From: Alphaproteobacteria bacterium
Lineage (GTDB): Bacteria; Pseudomonadota; Alphaproteobacteria; Caedimonadales; UBA1908
DNA length: 64,000 nt
Direction: 5' to 3'
Assembly: GCA_013911655.1 (NCBI GenBank)
Contig: JACESU010000002.1
Span: 64,901 to 128,900, forward strand
The notes below the pieces were generated by a model that saw only the letters and a program-made list of their open reading frames with translations, was not told where the DNA came from and ran no database searches. A program made the position numbers and the translations under genes. This document shows, in pieces, positions 35,381 through 46,000 of the stretch (the stretch's first letter is position 1; each line of letters begins with the position of its first letter).

Positions 35381-35896
35381 ATGTTTCTTTTTGAAAAAAG
35401 AACACCGTTTTATCTACTTCTTCTTGCAAGTATGGGGGCGCTTGCCTTTGCGTACGGGGCCGAATATTTGTTTGCCATGCACCCCTGTGCTTTATGTCTG
35501 TATCAAAGGTATGTGCTGATGGTGGCGGCGGCTGTGTGCCTGCTTTTTCTGATGCTCCCTCATACGGCTCTTTTGAAAAGGATGGGTCTTTGGACTTTGC
35601 TCGGGCTTTTTCTCTTCAACAGCACTGTTGCCTTTTATCAAGTCCTTGTAGAGCAAAAAATTGTCGAAGCGCCAAAAGTCTGCCGCCTTAAGTCAAAACC
35701 CAAAACCATTGAAGATTTTCTGGCCCAGTCCCAGCAAGTGGCGGTCCCTTGCGATCAACCCCAGGGAACCTTTTTGGGGTTAACCATGGCCGTCTATAGT
35801 CTCTTTTTTTATGTAGGTCTTGGGGGGTATACTGGTCTTGCGCTTTACATGAACCGCTCAGGGAGTTTTTATGGACGTACAGCACTTACCCGGTGA
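35381..35896 (+). CDS. dsbB: disulfide bond formation protein B-like
   Basis: 4-TM protein with a first-loop CxxC (CALCLYQR) and a second periplasmic Cys pair (C...C in CRLKSKPK...VAVPC). ATG 35381 follows AAGGG. Confidence 0.78.
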   Translation: MFLFEKRTPFYLLLLASMGALAFAYGAEYLFAMHPCALCLYQRYVLMVAAAVCLLFLMLPHTALLKRMGLWTLLGLFLFNSTVAFYQVLVEQKIVEAPKVCRLKSKPKTIEDFLAQSQQVAVPCDQPQGTFLGLTMAVYSLFFYVGLGGYTGLALYMNRSGSFYGRTALTR

Positions 35897-36419
35897 TCTT
35901 AGTATTGAGGAAAAGCTTGAGCGTCTTATTCGCGTGAACCACGCGGGAGAGTACGGGGCGCTACGTATCTATGCGGGTCAGCTGGCTGTCCTGAAAGGGA
36001 CCTCGTGCGAGGACATTCTCCAAGAGATGTTGGATCAAGAAAAAGTCCACTTTGCTTATTTTGACGACGAAATGAAAAAAAGGCGGGTGCGCCCGACACT
36101 GCTTTCTCCTTTGTGGCATGGGCTTGGATTTGCGTTGGGGGTTGTGACGGCACGTCTTGGAGATAAAGCCGCCATGGCTTGCACCGTCGCCGTAGAAGAC
36201 GCCATTGATGATCATTACCGCGCACAAGAAGAGATGCTGGAGAAGATCCCGCAAGAGTCTGAGTTAAAAGAAAAAATCACACAGTTTAGAGTAGAAGAGC
36301 AAGAGCATAAAGAGATCGGTCTTGCTCACGGGGCAGAGCAAACGCCCGGCTATCGTCTTGTATATGGAGCAATTAAAAATGCTTCAAGAGCTGCTATTTG
36401 GCTTTCTTCTAGACTCTAA
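35871..36419 (+). CDS. coq7: demethoxyubiquinone hydroxylase Coq7 (di-iron carboxylate)
   Basis: 182 aa. RVNHAGEYGA plus ExxH-type ligands (e.g. EEQEH, and the QEKVH region). It overlaps the dsbB 3' end by 26 nt. Confidence 0.88.
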   Translation: MDVQHLPGDLSIEEKLERLIRVNHAGEYGALRIYAGQLAVLKGTSCEDILQEMLDQEKVHFAYFDDEMKKRRVRPTLLSPLWHGLGFALGVVTARLGDKAAMACTVAVEDAIDDHYRAQEEMLEKIPQESELKEKITQFRVEEQEHKEIGLAHGAEQTPGYRLVYGAIKNASRAAIWLSSRL

Positions 36420-36478
36420 GATGGTTATACTGCCATAAAAGAGATATTCTTTAATATAAATAAAAAGGGAGAATAATA

Positions 36479-37948
36479 ATGACCCACCACATCACATTGA
36501 TTTCAGGTGACGGCATCGGGCCTGAGGTCGTTGGAGCCACACGTACCCTCATTGACGCCACGGGCGTTAAGATCGATTGGGAAGTGTGTGAAGCGGGTAA
36601 AGAGGTCTTTAAAAAAGGCATCACTTCCGGCGTTCCTCAAGAAACCATCGAGTCCATTAAGAGTACGCGCCTTGTTTTGAAGGGGCCTCTTGAGACGCCT
36701 GTCGGGTTTGGAGAAAAAAGCGCTAACGTCACGCTGCGCAAACTCTTTGAGACTTATGCCAATATTCGCCCCATCAAAGAATTTCCCAATGTCGATACCC
36801 CTTATCGTGGTAAAGGCATCGACTTTGTGATCATCCGTGAAAACGTCGAGGATTTGTATGCTGGGATCGAGTATCTTTCCACACCGGGTGTGGCCAAATG
36901 TTTAAAGCTTATTTCGCGTAAAGGGTGCGAAAAGATCGTACGCCTTGCCTTTGAATTTGTACGTTCCGAGGGGCGTAAGTCTTTGCACTGCGCGACAAAA
37001 GCCAACATCATGAAATTTTCTGAAGGGATGCTGAAAAAGACCTTCGAAGAAATCGCACCAGAGTATCCTGATATCGAGGCCCATCACATTATTGTGGATA
37101 ACTGTGCCCATCAGCTTGTGCGCTTTCCCGAAAAGTTTGAAGCCATTGTGACAACCAATATGAACGGCGATATCCTAAGCGACCTTGGATCGGGCCTTAT
37201 TGGGGGGCTTGGGCTTGCGCCTGGGGCCAACATTGGTGACGGCATTGCGATTTTTGAGGCGGTGCACGGTTCTGCTCCCAAATATGCGGGCCAGAACACC
37301 ATTAATCCGACAGCCGTCTTGTTCTCGGGTGTGATGATGCTGCGTCATCTTGGTGAGTTTGAAGCTGCACGCACCATTGAGCAAGCGGTTCTGGCAACCT
37401 TGGAATCCGGGGTGATGCCCCAAGACATCTCGGGCGCGCGTGCTGGGGCTTCGACCACAGGCTTTACCGAGGCAGTCCTCAAGAATTTTGGCAAGACGTC
37501 TCGTGCTTGGAAAGAGCGTGATTATAAGCCAATCAAAATGCCAAAAGTCGACAAAAGGCCTGACCTTGTTGCATCAAAAGAGACAAAGGTGCTTGGGGTT
37601 GATGTGTTCCTTGATTCACCGCTTTTTGGAGAAGATCTGGGACGCTCTCTGACCCGTCTTGTGGAAAAAACAGCTTTTGAGCTGAAGATGATTTCTAACC
37701 GTGGGGTACAAATTTATCCGTCAGCAGGGACGTCTCCTGATGTTGTTGATCTGTGGTCTTGCCGCTTTGTGGGGCGTTCAGGAAATGTGTCCCATGAGGA
37801 AGTGCGTTCTCTGCTGGCGATCCTTGAAAAAGAGCACCGCTGGGTGAATCTTGAACTTCTTCAAACTTTTGATGGTAAAGAAGCTTTCTCCAAAGCTCAA
37901 GGCGAAAACCAAACGGCCGCGCCCCAAAAGGCCGCTGCAAGCGCCTAA
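36479..37948 (+). CDS. icd: isocitrate dehydrogenase (beta-decarboxylating dehydrogenase family) with C-terminal extension
   Basis: 489 aa. Family motifs NMNGDILSD and GSAPKYAG within the first ~340 aa, followed by ~145 aa with no motif I recognise. Confidence 0.88.
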   Translation: MTHHITLISGDGIGPEVVGATRTLIDATGVKIDWEVCEAGKEVFKKGITSGVPQETIESIKSTRLVLKGPLETPVGFGEKSANVTLRKLFETYANIRPIKEFPNVDTPYRGKGIDFVIIRENVEDLYAGIEYLSTPGVAKCLKLISRKGCEKIVRLAFEFVRSEGRKSLHCATKANIMKFSEGMLKKTFEEIAPEYPDIEAHHIIVDNCAHQLVRFPEKFEAIVTTNMNGDILSDLGSGLIGGLGLAPGANIGDGIAIFEAVHGSAPKYAGQNTINPTAVLFSGVMMLRHLGEFEAARTIEQAVLATLESGVMPQDISGARAGASTTGFTEAVLKNFGKTSRAWKERDYKPIKMPKVDKRPDLVASKETKVLGVDVFLDSPLFGEDLGRSLTRLVEKTAFELKMISNRGVQIYPSAGTSPDVVDLWSCRFVGRSGNVSHEEVRSLLAILEKEHRWVNLELLQTFDGKEAFSKAQGENQTAAPQKAAASA

Positions 37949-37964
37949 GGGTTACGACGTATCC

Positions 37965-37998
37965 AAAAAGGCGCCGCAAGTCGGCGCCTTTGTTGTTT
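37965..37998. terminator. bidirectional rho-independent terminator
   Basis: CAAAAAG-GCGCCG-caagu-CGGCGC-CUUUGUUGUUUGU. The GC stem (AGGCGCCG/CGGCGCCU, 37969-37989) has an A-run and a U-rich run on its flanks. It lies between the icd stop (+) and the 38027 stop (-). Confidence 0.75.
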
Positions 37999-38026
37999 GT
38001 AAAAAGGAAATTAAAAAGAGGTTTGC

Positions 38027-38323
38027 TTATTTTTGATCGAACATATAAGGCGCATATTGTTCAAGCAGCCCGCACCGGGGGCACCGACAAGTCACCACAC
38101 ACAAGTATTCTTTATTAACAAGAGAAAGGCCAAAAAAGCCTCCTGTCACGCGGCCCTTAAACCACCGCATAGGCATGGCGCTTTGACCAATATCAGGAGT
38201 GTATCCAATCTCCATGAGACTTTGGGGGCATTTGGGACAGGTAGGTTTTTCGTCGGCAACAAGCTTCTGAGCTTTTTGAAGGTGCTTTTCTTCACTAATC
38301 CGAAAGAGTTTTAGTTTTAACAT
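38027..38323 (-). CDS. hypothetical zinc-ribbon protein
   Basis: 98-aa ORF with two CxxC pairs (CPKCP ... CPRCG). No other support. Confidence 0.45.
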   Translation of the reverse strand: MLKLKLFRISEEKHLQKAQKLVADEKPTCPKCPQSLMEIGYTPDIGQSAMPMRWFKGRVTGGFFGLSLVNKEYLCVVTCRCPRCGLLEQYAPYMFDQK

Positions 38324-38427
38324 AGCGTTTCAGCCTTTGCGGATGTTTGTTATCCTTCTATTGTCCTGCATAAAGGTAAGTTTTTTGTAAAAATAGATGC
38401 ACGGCAGGGCGCCAGGTATGATCGGCC

Positions 38428-38456
38428 TTGACTTTGAAGGAGGAACGCTCTAGAGA
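38428..38456 (+). promoter_or_regulatory. candidate promoter for tRNA-Leu
   Basis: TTGACT (38428-38433), a 17-nt spacer, then TAGAGA (38451-38456), 11 nt before the tRNA 5' end. The -10 is poor. Confidence 0.3.
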
Positions 38457-38467
38457 AAAAAAGTGTT

Positions 38468-38554
38468 GCCCAGGTGGCGGAATTGGTAGACGCGCTAGGT
38501 TCAGGTCCTAGTGAGCTTCGGCTCGTGGAAGTTCGAGTCTTCTCTTGGGCACCA
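38468..38554 (+). tRNA. tRNA-Leu (anticodon CAG), class II with long variable arm
   Basis: Hand-folded: acceptor GCCCAGG/CUUGGGC (one G-U pair), anticodon stem CUAGG/CCUAG with loop UUCAGGU, variable arm UGAGCUUCGGCUCGU, T arm GGAAG-UUCGAGU-CUUCU, discriminator A, encoded CCA. Confidence 0.93.
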
Positions 38555-38581
38555 ACAGTTAAAAGATAAGGGAGGTGGGCT

Positions 38582-39199
38582 GTGTCGCCTGAGATTCATT
38601 TATATGACGAAGATTTACCTGAAGGCTTGGTGTTGGGTCCCATCGTGGCCATTGATACTGAGGCCATGGGCCTGAATCCTCACCGTGACCGACTTTGTCT
38701 TGTGCAGCTGTCCCAGGGGGATGGTGTTTGTCACTTGGTCAAGATTAAGCCCGGACAAAAAAGGGCGCCGCGTCTAGAAGCGCTTTTGCAAGATCCTAGT
38801 ATTTTAAAGCTCTTTCACTTTGCAAGATTTGATGTCGCGATTTTACAGTATACCTTTGGTCTTCGCTGTGCGCCTATCTATTGCACCAAAATTGCCTCGA
38901 AACTGGTGCGTACCTTCATTGACAGACACGGCCTTAAAGACCTCTGCCGTGAGCTTCTGGGGGTCGATATTTCTAAGACACAGCAAAGCTCTGACTGGGG
39001 GGCTGACGTTTATACGCCCGAGCAAAAGCTCTATGCGGCGACGGACGTTTTACATCTTCATGCCCTTAAGGAAAAGCTTGACGCGCTTTTGGCGCGTGAG
39101 GGACGTACAGAGCTTGCAAAGGCATGCTGGGACTTTATTCCTTATTGTGCGGACATCGATCTTTTGGGGTATGAAGAGCTAAAAGTCCTTGCACACTAG
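38582..39199 (+). CDS. DEDDy 3'-5' exonuclease (short RNase D-like)
   Basis: 205 aa. Exo motifs AIDTEAMGL (I), HFARFD (II) and YAATDVLHL (III). GTG start after GGGAGG. Confidence 0.82.
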   Translation: MSPEIHLYDEDLPEGLVLGPIVAIDTEAMGLNPHRDRLCLVQLSQGDGVCHLVKIKPGQKRAPRLEALLQDPSILKLFHFARFDVAILQYTFGLRCAPIYCTKIASKLVRTFIDRHGLKDLCRELLGVDISKTQQSSDWGADVYTPEQKLYAATDVLHLHALKEKLDALLAREGRTELAKACWDFIPYCADIDLLGYEELKVLAH

Positions 39200-39341
39200 A
39201 TGAAATTTGTGTCAAAAAGGAAATTTTTTCTGACGTAGCTCTTTGTTCTTGAGGGGTTTTTACGCAAGAGGTCTGTTGTTTTTCTTCAAATGGAGGTAGA
39301 ATACGTCAGCGTATTTTGGGCAAACCATTGAAGGGGTACAC

Positions 39342-39719
39342 GTGCACGGATTAGATGAAGGCCTCCTCCAGGAATACCTGCCCATTTTCGTGTTCATTTT
39401 TGTCGCGATTGCCTTTTCAGGACTTTTGATTTTCTTGGGATGGTTTAGAGGTCCTAAAAAGCCAGATCCCGAGAAACTCTCGCCATACGAATGCGGCTTC
39501 GAGCCTTTTGAGGCGCCGCGCCGCCGCTTTGATGTGCGCTTTTACCTGGTGGCCATTCTCTTTATTATTTTCGATCTTGAAGTCGCTTTTCTTTTTCCCT
39601 GGTCGGTGTCGCTGTCCGAGGTCGGTGTGTTTGGCTTTTGGTCCATGATGGTGTTTTTGGGCATCTTAACAGTGGGCTTTATCTATGAATGGAAGAAGGG
39701 GGCCTTAGATTGGGAATAG
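39342..39719 (+). CDS. nuoA: NADH-quinone oxidoreductase subunit A
   Basis: 125 aa, 3 [10 protein letters not shown] motif, first gene of the nuo operon. GTG start. Confidence 0.93.
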   Translation: MHGLDEGLLQEYLPIFVFIFVAIAFSGLLIFLGWFRGPKKPDPEKLSPYECGFEPFEAPRRRFDVRFYLVAILFIIFDLEVAFLFPWSVSLSEVGVFGFWSMMVFLGILTVGFIYEWKKGALDWE

Positions 39720-40258
39720 AGGAACTTGTGCGTCAAACGACGCTCCCCACGGGGTTTAGTGAGGATGATCTGGCCAAATCCATGTACGAGGGTGCCGAGA
39801 ATCGCGGCTATTTATTGGGTCAGGTGGATCAGGTGGTTGCGTGGGCTAGAAGCGGGTCTTTGTGGCCTATGACCTTTGGGCTTGCGTGCTGTGCAGTCGA
39901 GATGATGCACACCGCTGCCAGTCGGTATGACCTGGACCGGGTTGGCGTTGTTTTTAGGCCAAGCCCTCGTCAATCAGATTTGATGATTGTGGCGGGGACT
40001 TTGACCAATAAAATGGCCGGCGCTCTTCGCAAAGTCTACGACCAAATGGCAGAGCCCAGGTGGGTCTTGTCCATGGGGTCTTGCGCCAATGGGGGCGGGT
40101 ACTATCACTATTCCTATTCCGTTGTGCGCGGGTGTGACCGCATTGTGCCCGTGGATGTGTATGTCCCCGGATGTCCCCCCACAGCAGAAGCTCTTTTGTA
40201 CGGCATCACACAATTGCAGCGCAAAATTCGCCAGCCAAAACACTTTGTGATTGGATAG
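39689..40258 (+). CDS. nuoB: NADH-quinone oxidoreductase subunit B
   Basis: N2 cluster ligand motifs GLACCAVEM and GCPPT. The exact start is uncertain: ATG 39689 overlaps nuoA, and TTG 39710 is an alternative. Confidence 0.93.
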   Translation: MEEGGLRLGIEELVRQTTLPTGFSEDDLAKSMYEGAENRGYLLGQVDQVVAWARSGSLWPMTFGLACCAVEMMHTAASRYDLDRVGVVFRPSPRQSDLMIVAGTLTNKMAGALRKVYDQMAEPRWVLSMGSCANGGGYYHYSYSVVRGCDRIVPVDVYVPGCPPTAEALLYGITQLQRKIRQPKHFVIG

Positions 40259-40261
40259 CCC

Positions 40262-40882
40262 ATGACGACTAAAACACTTCACGATTTTGAATCCACCATT
40301 CGTCTCGGGATCAGGGGATCTCTCATCCAAAGCGATATTCATTTAGGTGAGCTTTGCTTGCGCGTGAAGGTAAGCGACATTGTCGAGGTGCTTTTGTATC
40401 TGCGAGATCAATCATCTCTTGCGTTTCGTCAGCTGATTGATTTATGCGGCGTTGATTATCCGGGGCGTGAAAAACGCTTTGAGGTTGTGTATCACCTTCT
40501 TAGCCACCGCCATAACAGGCGTGTGCGCGTTAAGGTAGAAGTTGATGAACAAGAGTGCGTCCCATCGGTTTGTACCGTTTTCAAGGCGGCTAACTGGTTC
40601 GAGCGTGAAGCGTGGGATCTTGTGGGGATCCCTTTTGAGGGACATCCTGATATGCGCCGCATTTTAACGGACTATGGTTTCGAGGGGCACCCCCTTCGTA
40701 AAGATTTTCCGGTCATGGGATATAGCGAGCTTCGGTATGACGTGGTCGAGGGCCGCGTTGTGTATGGACCTGTGGATTTGCCCCAGGCGTATCGTTCTTT
40801 TGATTTTCTCAGTCCTTGGGACGGCATGACGCCGACGGCTCCTGTCCTGCCAGGTGATGAAAAAGCAACGAGGGAGCTCTAA
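40262..40882 (+). CDS. nuoC: NADH-quinone oxidoreductase subunit C
   Basis: 206 aa with the [13 protein letters not shown] motif. It is separate from nuoD, not fused. Confidence 0.93.
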   Translation: MTTKTLHDFESTIRLGIRGSLIQSDIHLGELCLRVKVSDIVEVLLYLRDQSSLAFRQLIDLCGVDYPGREKRFEVVYHLLSHRHNRRVRVKVEVDEQECVPSVCTVFKAANWFEREAWDLVGIPFEGHPDMRRILTDYGFEGHPLRKDFPVMGYSELRYDVVEGRVVYGPVDLPQAYRSFDFLSPWDGMTPTAPVLPGDEKATREL

Positions 40883-40884
40883 TC

Positions 40885-42063
40885 ATGGCCAAGTCCTCGT
40901 CCAATCTTCATACCATTAACTTTGGTCCCCAGCACCCGGCTGCCCACGGCGTGTTGCGTCTTGTCCTTGACCTTGACGGCGAGGTAGTCGAGCGCGCGGA
41001 TCCCCATATTGGGCTCTTGCACCGCGGGACTGAAAAGCTGATTGAGGAAAAAACTTATCTGCAAGCGCTTCCCTATTTTGACCGTCTCGATTATGTGGCG
41101 CCCATGTGCCAAGAGCACGCCTTTGCGCTGGCCGTTGAAAAGCTTTTAGGCCTTGACGTGCCCCTGCGCGGTCAATATTTACGCGTTCTATTTGCAGAGC
41201 TCTCGCGCATCATGAACCATATCTTGAACCTGACAACCTACGCTTTGGACGTAGGGGCCATGACACCGCTTTTATGGGGGTTTGAGGACCGGGAAAAGAT
41301 TATGGTCTTTTGCGAGCGTGCGTGCGGGGCGCGCCTTCATGCTAATTACTTTCGCCCGGGCGGCGTATCCCAGGATGTGCCCGATGGTCTTCTTGAAGAT
41401 ATTGCAAGGTTTATTCAAGAGTACCCCAAAGCCATCGATGATATGGAAGGGCTTTTGACTGAAAATCGCATTTTCAAACAGCGTACCGTGGATATCGGGG
41501 TTGTGAGCAAGGACCAAGCTCTGGAATGGGGTTTTTCAGGTCCTATGCTGCGTGCTTCCGGCATTGCGTGGGACTTGCGGCGCAATCAACCCTATGACGT
41601 TTACGCGGATCTTGATTTCCAAGTCCCCATTGGTAAAAACGGCGACTGTTATGATCGGTATCTTGTGCGGGTAGAGGAACTTCGCCAGTCTGTGCACCTG
41701 ATTGAGCAGTGCCTGGAAAAAATGCCCCAAGGGCCTGTGATGACGGAAAATCCCAAGGTGGCGCCTCCCGCGCGTTCGGACATGAAGCGCTCTATGGAAG
41801 CGCTCATTCACCATTTCAAGTTGTACACTGAAGGCTATCACGTACCGGCAGGTGAAACCTATACAGCCGTCGAAGCACCCAAGGGCGAGTTTGGTGTCTA
41901 TCTTGTGTCCGATGGCACTAACAAGCCGTACCGTTGTAAAATACGCGCACCAGGATTTGCGTTCCTTCAAGGACTTGATTTTATGGCAAAGAAACACATG
42001 CTTGCCGACATTCCTGCCTTGATTGGATCCATGGATATTGTTTTTGGAGAGATAGATCGATGA
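40885..42063 (+). CDS. nuoD: NADH-quinone oxidoreductase subunit D
   Basis: 392 aa. [14 protein letters not shown]-terminal signature. Confidence 0.96.
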   Translation: MAKSSSNLHTINFGPQHPAAHGVLRLVLDLDGEVVERADPHIGLLHRGTEKLIEEKTYLQALPYFDRLDYVAPMCQEHAFALAVEKLLGLDVPLRGQYLRVLFAELSRIMNHILNLTTYALDVGAMTPLLWGFEDREKIMVFCERACGARLHANYFRPGGVSQDVPDGLLEDIARFIQEYPKAIDDMEGLLTENRIFKQRTVDIGVVSKDQALEWGFSGPMLRASGIAWDLRRNQPYDVYADLDFQVPIGKNGDCYDRYLVRVEELRQSVHLIEQCLEKMPQGPVMTENPKVAPPARSDMKRSMEALIHHFKLYTEGYHVPAGETYTAVEAPKGEFGVYLVSDGTNKPYRCKIRAPGFAFLQGLDFMAKKHMLADIPALIGSMDIVFGEIDR

Positions 42064-42644
42064 AGCGTCATCTTAGATCATCGGGTACGCCCTTTGCGTT
42101 TGCGCCAGATAAACAGGCGTCCTTTGAGGAGGCGATCAAGCGTTATCCCGAAGGCCGTCAAAAAAGCGCTGTGATGGCAGGTCTTCATCTTGCCCAAGAA
42201 CAACAAGGCTGGATCAGTGAGGAAGTCGTTGAGACCATTGCGGCGCGCCTAGGTATGCCAGCCCTTCGGGTGTGGGAAGTCGCAAGTTTTTACACCATGT
42301 ACAATCTTGAGCCCAAGGGGACCTATCATCTGCAGGTGTGCACGACAACGCCTTGTTGGCTTCGGGGGAGTGATGAGGTTTTAAAAGCTTGTCACGCCAA
42401 AGCAGCCGCTCACGGTGCCAATGTTTTTAGTGTCACGGAAGTTGAATGCCTTGGGGGGTGTGTAAATGCGCCCATTGTTCAAATCAATAATGACTTTTAC
42501 GAGGACCTAACGGGTGAATCAACAGCTGACCTTTTGGATCAGCTTGCGGCAGGTGAAAACGTGAAAGCCGGATCCATGACGGGGCGCTGCGGGTCGGCAC
42601 CCCAAGGATATGAAAGTGAAAAAGCGGGAGGAGATCATGCTTAA
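42060..42644 (+). CDS. nuoE: NADH-quinone oxidoreductase subunit E
   Basis: 2Fe-2S ligand pattern [10 protein letters not shown] ... [10 protein letters not shown]. Confidence 0.93.
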   Translation: MKRHLRSSGTPFAFAPDKQASFEEAIKRYPEGRQKSAVMAGLHLAQEQQGWISEEVVETIAARLGMPALRVWEVASFYTMYNLEPKGTYHLQVCTTTPCWLRGSDEVLKACHAKAAAHGANVFSVTEVECLGGCVNAPIVQINNDFYEDLTGESTADLLDQLAAGENVKAGSMTGRCGSAPQGYESEKAGGDHA

Positions 42645-43899
42645 AGATCAAGACCGCATTTTTACAAATCTTTACGGGGATAAATCCTGGCATCTTGACG
42701 ACGCGCTTGCTCGGGGTGATTGGGCGGGGACCAAGGAGCTTATTGGCCGGGGCCGCGAGCAGGTCATCCAAGAAATGATGGACTCGGGCCTTCGAGGACG
42801 CGGGGGGGCAGGCTTTCCCACGGGACGCAAGTGGTCCTTTATGCCAAAGCCAGGCAAATTTCCTCATTATTTAGTTGTGAACGCTGACGAAAGCGAGCCT
42901 GGTACCTGTAAGGACCGAGACATTCTTCGGTTCGAGCCTCACAAGTTGATTGAAGGCGCCCTTATTGCCGGGTTTGCGATCCATGCCCATACGGGGTACA
43001 TTTATATTCGCGGTGAGTTTTATCAAGAAGCCCTTCACTTAGAAGAGGCCATCAAAGAAGCCTATACCAAAGGGCTTTTAGGGAAGAACGCTGCTGGTTC
43101 GGGTTGGGATTTTGATCTTTATGTGCACCGAGGGGCAGGGGCCTATATTTGCGGCGAGGAAACCGCGCAACTTTCCAGCATCGAAGGCGGAAAAGGCCTT
43201 CCTCGCTTGAAGCCCCCGTTCCCTGCGATTTCAGGTCTTTATGGATGCCCTACCATCATTAATAACGTGGAAAGCCTTGCTGTTGTGCCGACAATTCTTA
43301 GGCGCGGCGCCCCGTGGTTTGCGGGGCTTGGCGTGAAGGATTCGGCTGGTACCAAAGTTTTTTGTATTTCAGGGCACGTGAACAAACCGTGCAACGTGGA
43401 AGAAGAGCTTGGCATTCCTTTGAAAACCCTCATTGAAACCCATGCGGGCGGTGTGCGGGGTGGTTGGGATAACTTGCTAGCCATTATTCCGGGCGGATCG
43501 TCTGTGCCTCTTTTGCCCAAAGACATTTGCGACACTATCACCATGGATTTCACGAGTCTGAGCGCTGTAAAAAGTGGTCTTGGGACAGCGGCCGTCATTG
43601 TAATGGATAAGTCGACGGACATTGTCTATGCCATTGCGCGCCTGTCAAAGTTTTATATGCACGAAAGCTGCGGTCAGTGCACGCCGTGCCGCGAGGGTAC
43701 CGGGTGGATGTGGCGTCTTCTTATGCGTCTTGCCAAGGGAGAGGGGACTTTTGCGGACATTGATAAGCTTGAAGATATTTCTTACCAAATTGAAGGGCGC
43801 ACCATTTGCGCCCTGGGAGATGCGGCGGCCTGGCCTGTGCAGGGGCTTTTGCGGCACTTCCGTCACGAGCTTGTGCGCCGCGTGAAAAAGGCGGCCTAA
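42637..43899 (+). CDS. nuoF: NADH-quinone oxidoreductase subunit F
   Basis: FMN/NADH site [10 protein letters not shown] and the N3 cluster [15 protein letters not shown] 42637 ([14 protein letters not shown]) overlaps the nuoE stop by 8 nt. Confidence 0.96.
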   Translation: MLKDQDRIFTNLYGDKSWHLDDALARGDWAGTKELIGRGREQVIQEMMDSGLRGRGGAGFPTGRKWSFMPKPGKFPHYLVVNADESEPGTCKDRDILRFEPHKLIEGALIAGFAIHAHTGYIYIRGEFYQEALHLEEAIKEAYTKGLLGKNAAGSGWDFDLYVHRGAGAYICGEETAQLSSIEGGKGLPRLKPPFPAISGLYGCPTIINNVESLAVVPTILRRGAPWFAGLGVKDSAGTKVFCISGHVNKPCNVEEELGIPLKTLIETHAGGVRGGWDNLLAIIPGGSSVPLLPKDICDTITMDFTSLSAVKSGLGTAAVIVMDKSTDIVYAIARLSKFYMHESCGQCTPCREGTGWMWRLLMRLAKGEGTFADIDKLEDISYQIEGRTICALGDAAAWPVQGLLRHFRHELVRRVKKAA

Positions 43900-43915
43900 G
43901 GAAAAAGGGAAAACC

Positions 43916-46000
43916 ATGGTCAAAATTACTTTTGATGATCAAGAAATCGATGTCCCGGCTGGCATGACGGTGCTGCAGGCAGCGCGGTTGGCTGACGTCG
44001 AAATTCCTGTTTTTTGCTATCACGAGCGCCTTGAGATTGCTGGTAACTGCCGCATGTGCCTTGTGGAGATGCAAGGAGCGCCTAAGCCCATTGCAAGTTG
44101 CGCCATGCCTGTGAATGAGGGGATGGTCATTCGCACAAAGACCCCCATGGTGGATAAAGCGCGCAAAGGCGTTCTTGAATTTCTTTTGGCAAACCACCCC
44201 TTGGATTGCCCCATCTGTGACCAAGGCGGCGAGTGCGATCTTCAGGATATCACCATGGGTTATGGCTGTGGAACAAGCCGTTTTGAAGAAGATAAGCGCG
44301 CAGTACCCCCTAAACACCTTGGGCCTCTTGTAAAAACTGAGATGAACCGGTGCATTCACTGTACCCGGTGTGTGCGTTTTCTTGAAGACGTTGCGGGCGT
44401 GCCCGAGCTGGGTGTGGCTGGAAGGGGCGAAAACGCCGAAATTCAAAGCTATTTAGATCAGGCGCTGACGTCCGAACTTTCGGGCAATATTGTGGATTTG
44501 TGCCCTGTGGGCGCGCTGACCTCCAGGCCCTATGCTTTTAAAGGGCGTCCGTGGGAGCTGACCAAAACCGAATCCATTGATGTCATGGACGCCCTTGGGA
44601 GCGCCATTCGCGTCGACTGCGCGTACGGCGCTGTTCAGCGTATTTTGCCGCGTCTTAATGAAGACATTAACGAAGAGTGGCTGTCTGACAAGTCGCGCCA
44701 TGCTTGTGACGGTCTGAAGGTTCAGCGCCTTGATACGCCCTACGTTCGGGACGCGCAGGGACGTCTTCAGCCGGTGTCTTGGGAGGACGCCTTCGAGATT
44801 GTGGCAACGCGCCTGAAAACAACACCTGCTAAAAAAATAGCGGCCCTTACAGGAGACCTTGTGGAGGCAGAAGCCCAAGTGGCGCTTCTTGATTTAATGC
44901 GCGGAATTGGTGTTTCTCATACCGATTGTCGTCAGGACGGTGCGGCCCTCGACCCACGCTACAGAGCAGGCTATGTTTTTAACTCGACCCTGGCGGGTGT
45001 GGATGAGGCGACCGAGTGTCTGATTATTGGCGCAAACATGCGTGAAGACGCGCCCCTTCTGGCGGCCCGCCTTCGTAAGCGTTACGGCACGGGCGCGCTT
45101 CGAGTGTCGTATCTTGGCGCATCTCTTCCGACGCACCGTGATTTCACCTTTCCTGTTGAACGTCTGGGGGAGGATCCTGCGTTCTTGGAAACGCTTTTGA
45201 GCGGCAAGCATCCCCTTTTTGAACGCCTCAAAAAAGCAGAACGCGCCATGATCATTCTGGGGCAGGACGCGCTTACGCGCCCTGACGGAGCAGCGATTTT
45301 GGGGCGCGCGCGTCGCCTTGCCGAGCAATGTGATCTTGTGAAGGAAGACTGGAACGGCTTTAATGTCTTGCACAATGCGGCTGGCCGCGTTGGCGGACTG
45401 GATGTGGGATTTGTGCCGGGTAAAGAAGGTTATGGGACTAAACGGATCTTAGAAGCTGCCGCTCACCAAGAGGTGGACGTTGTTTATTTGCTTGGCGCCG
45501 ATGAGATTGAGACAGGCGCGCTGCAAAATACCTTTGTCATTTATCAAGGTCACCACGGCGACAAAAGCGCCCACGTGGCCGATGTGATTTTGCCGGGCCT
45601 TGCCTATACCGAGAAAGACGCCCACTTTGTGAACACTGAAGGGCGTGTGCAAAAAACCCAACTTGCCCTTAAGGGGCCTGGTGAAGCGCGCGAAGATTGG
45701 CGTACGATTGCCGACATTGCAAAGCGCATGGGCACCCCCCTTGGGTATGAAAACGTTAAAGAGTTACACGAGCGCTTAGTGCGCGCAAACCCAGCCTTTG
45801 TAAAGGGGCATGACCTCGGCCCCCAGCCTTGGGGTGCCTTTGGGGACGAGCAAGCACCCTTGGACAAAGACGTCTTTGTCTGTAATAAGACGCCCTCGTA
45901 TTTATCAAATCCTGTAACCCGCGCGTCCGAGACCATGGTAGCGGTCATGGCAGCCCTTAAGACGCCGTGCACAGGAAAGGGAGGGTGCGCCCATGGTTGA
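43916..46000 (+). CDS. nuoG: NADH-quinone oxidoreductase subunit G
   Basis: 694 aa. N-terminal 2Fe-2S and 4Fe-4S motifs [18 protein letters not shown] and [14 protein letters not shown]. Confidence 0.96.
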   Translation: MVKITFDDQEIDVPAGMTVLQAARLADVEIPVFCYHERLEIAGNCRMCLVEMQGAPKPIASCAMPVNEGMVIRTKTPMVDKARKGVLEFLLANHPLDCPICDQGGECDLQDITMGYGCGTSRFEEDKRAVPPKHLGPLVKTEMNRCIHCTRCVRFLEDVAGVPELGVAGRGENAEIQSYLDQALTSELSGNIVDLCPVGALTSRPYAFKGRPWELTKTESIDVMDALGSAIRVDCAYGAVQRILPRLNEDINEEWLSDKSRHACDGLKVQRLDTPYVRDAQGRLQPVSWEDAFEIVATRLKTTPAKKIAALTGDLVEAEAQVALLDLMRGIGVSHTDCRQDGAALDPRYRAGYVFNSTLAGVDEATECLIIGANMREDAPLLAARLRKRYGTGALRVSYLGASLPTHRDFTFPVERLGEDPAFLETLLSGKHPLFERLKKAERAMIILGQDALTRPDGAAILGRARRLAEQCDLVKEDWNGFNVLHNAAGRVGGLDVGFVPGKEGYGTKRILEAAAHQEVDVVYLLGADEIETGALQNTFVIYQGHHGDKSAHVADVILPGLAYTEKDAHFVNTEGRVQKTQLALKGPGEAREDWRTIADIAKRMGTPLGYENVKELHERLVRANPAFVKGHDLGPQPWGAFGDEQAPLDKDVFVCNKTPSYLSNPVTRASETMVAVMAALKTPCTGKGGCAHG

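Noticed and set aside
43721-44446. 241-aa ORF on the - strand
   Set aside because: It is antisense to the nuoF/nuoG junction. Both nuo genes have unambiguous cofactor motifs, so this is a shadow ORF.
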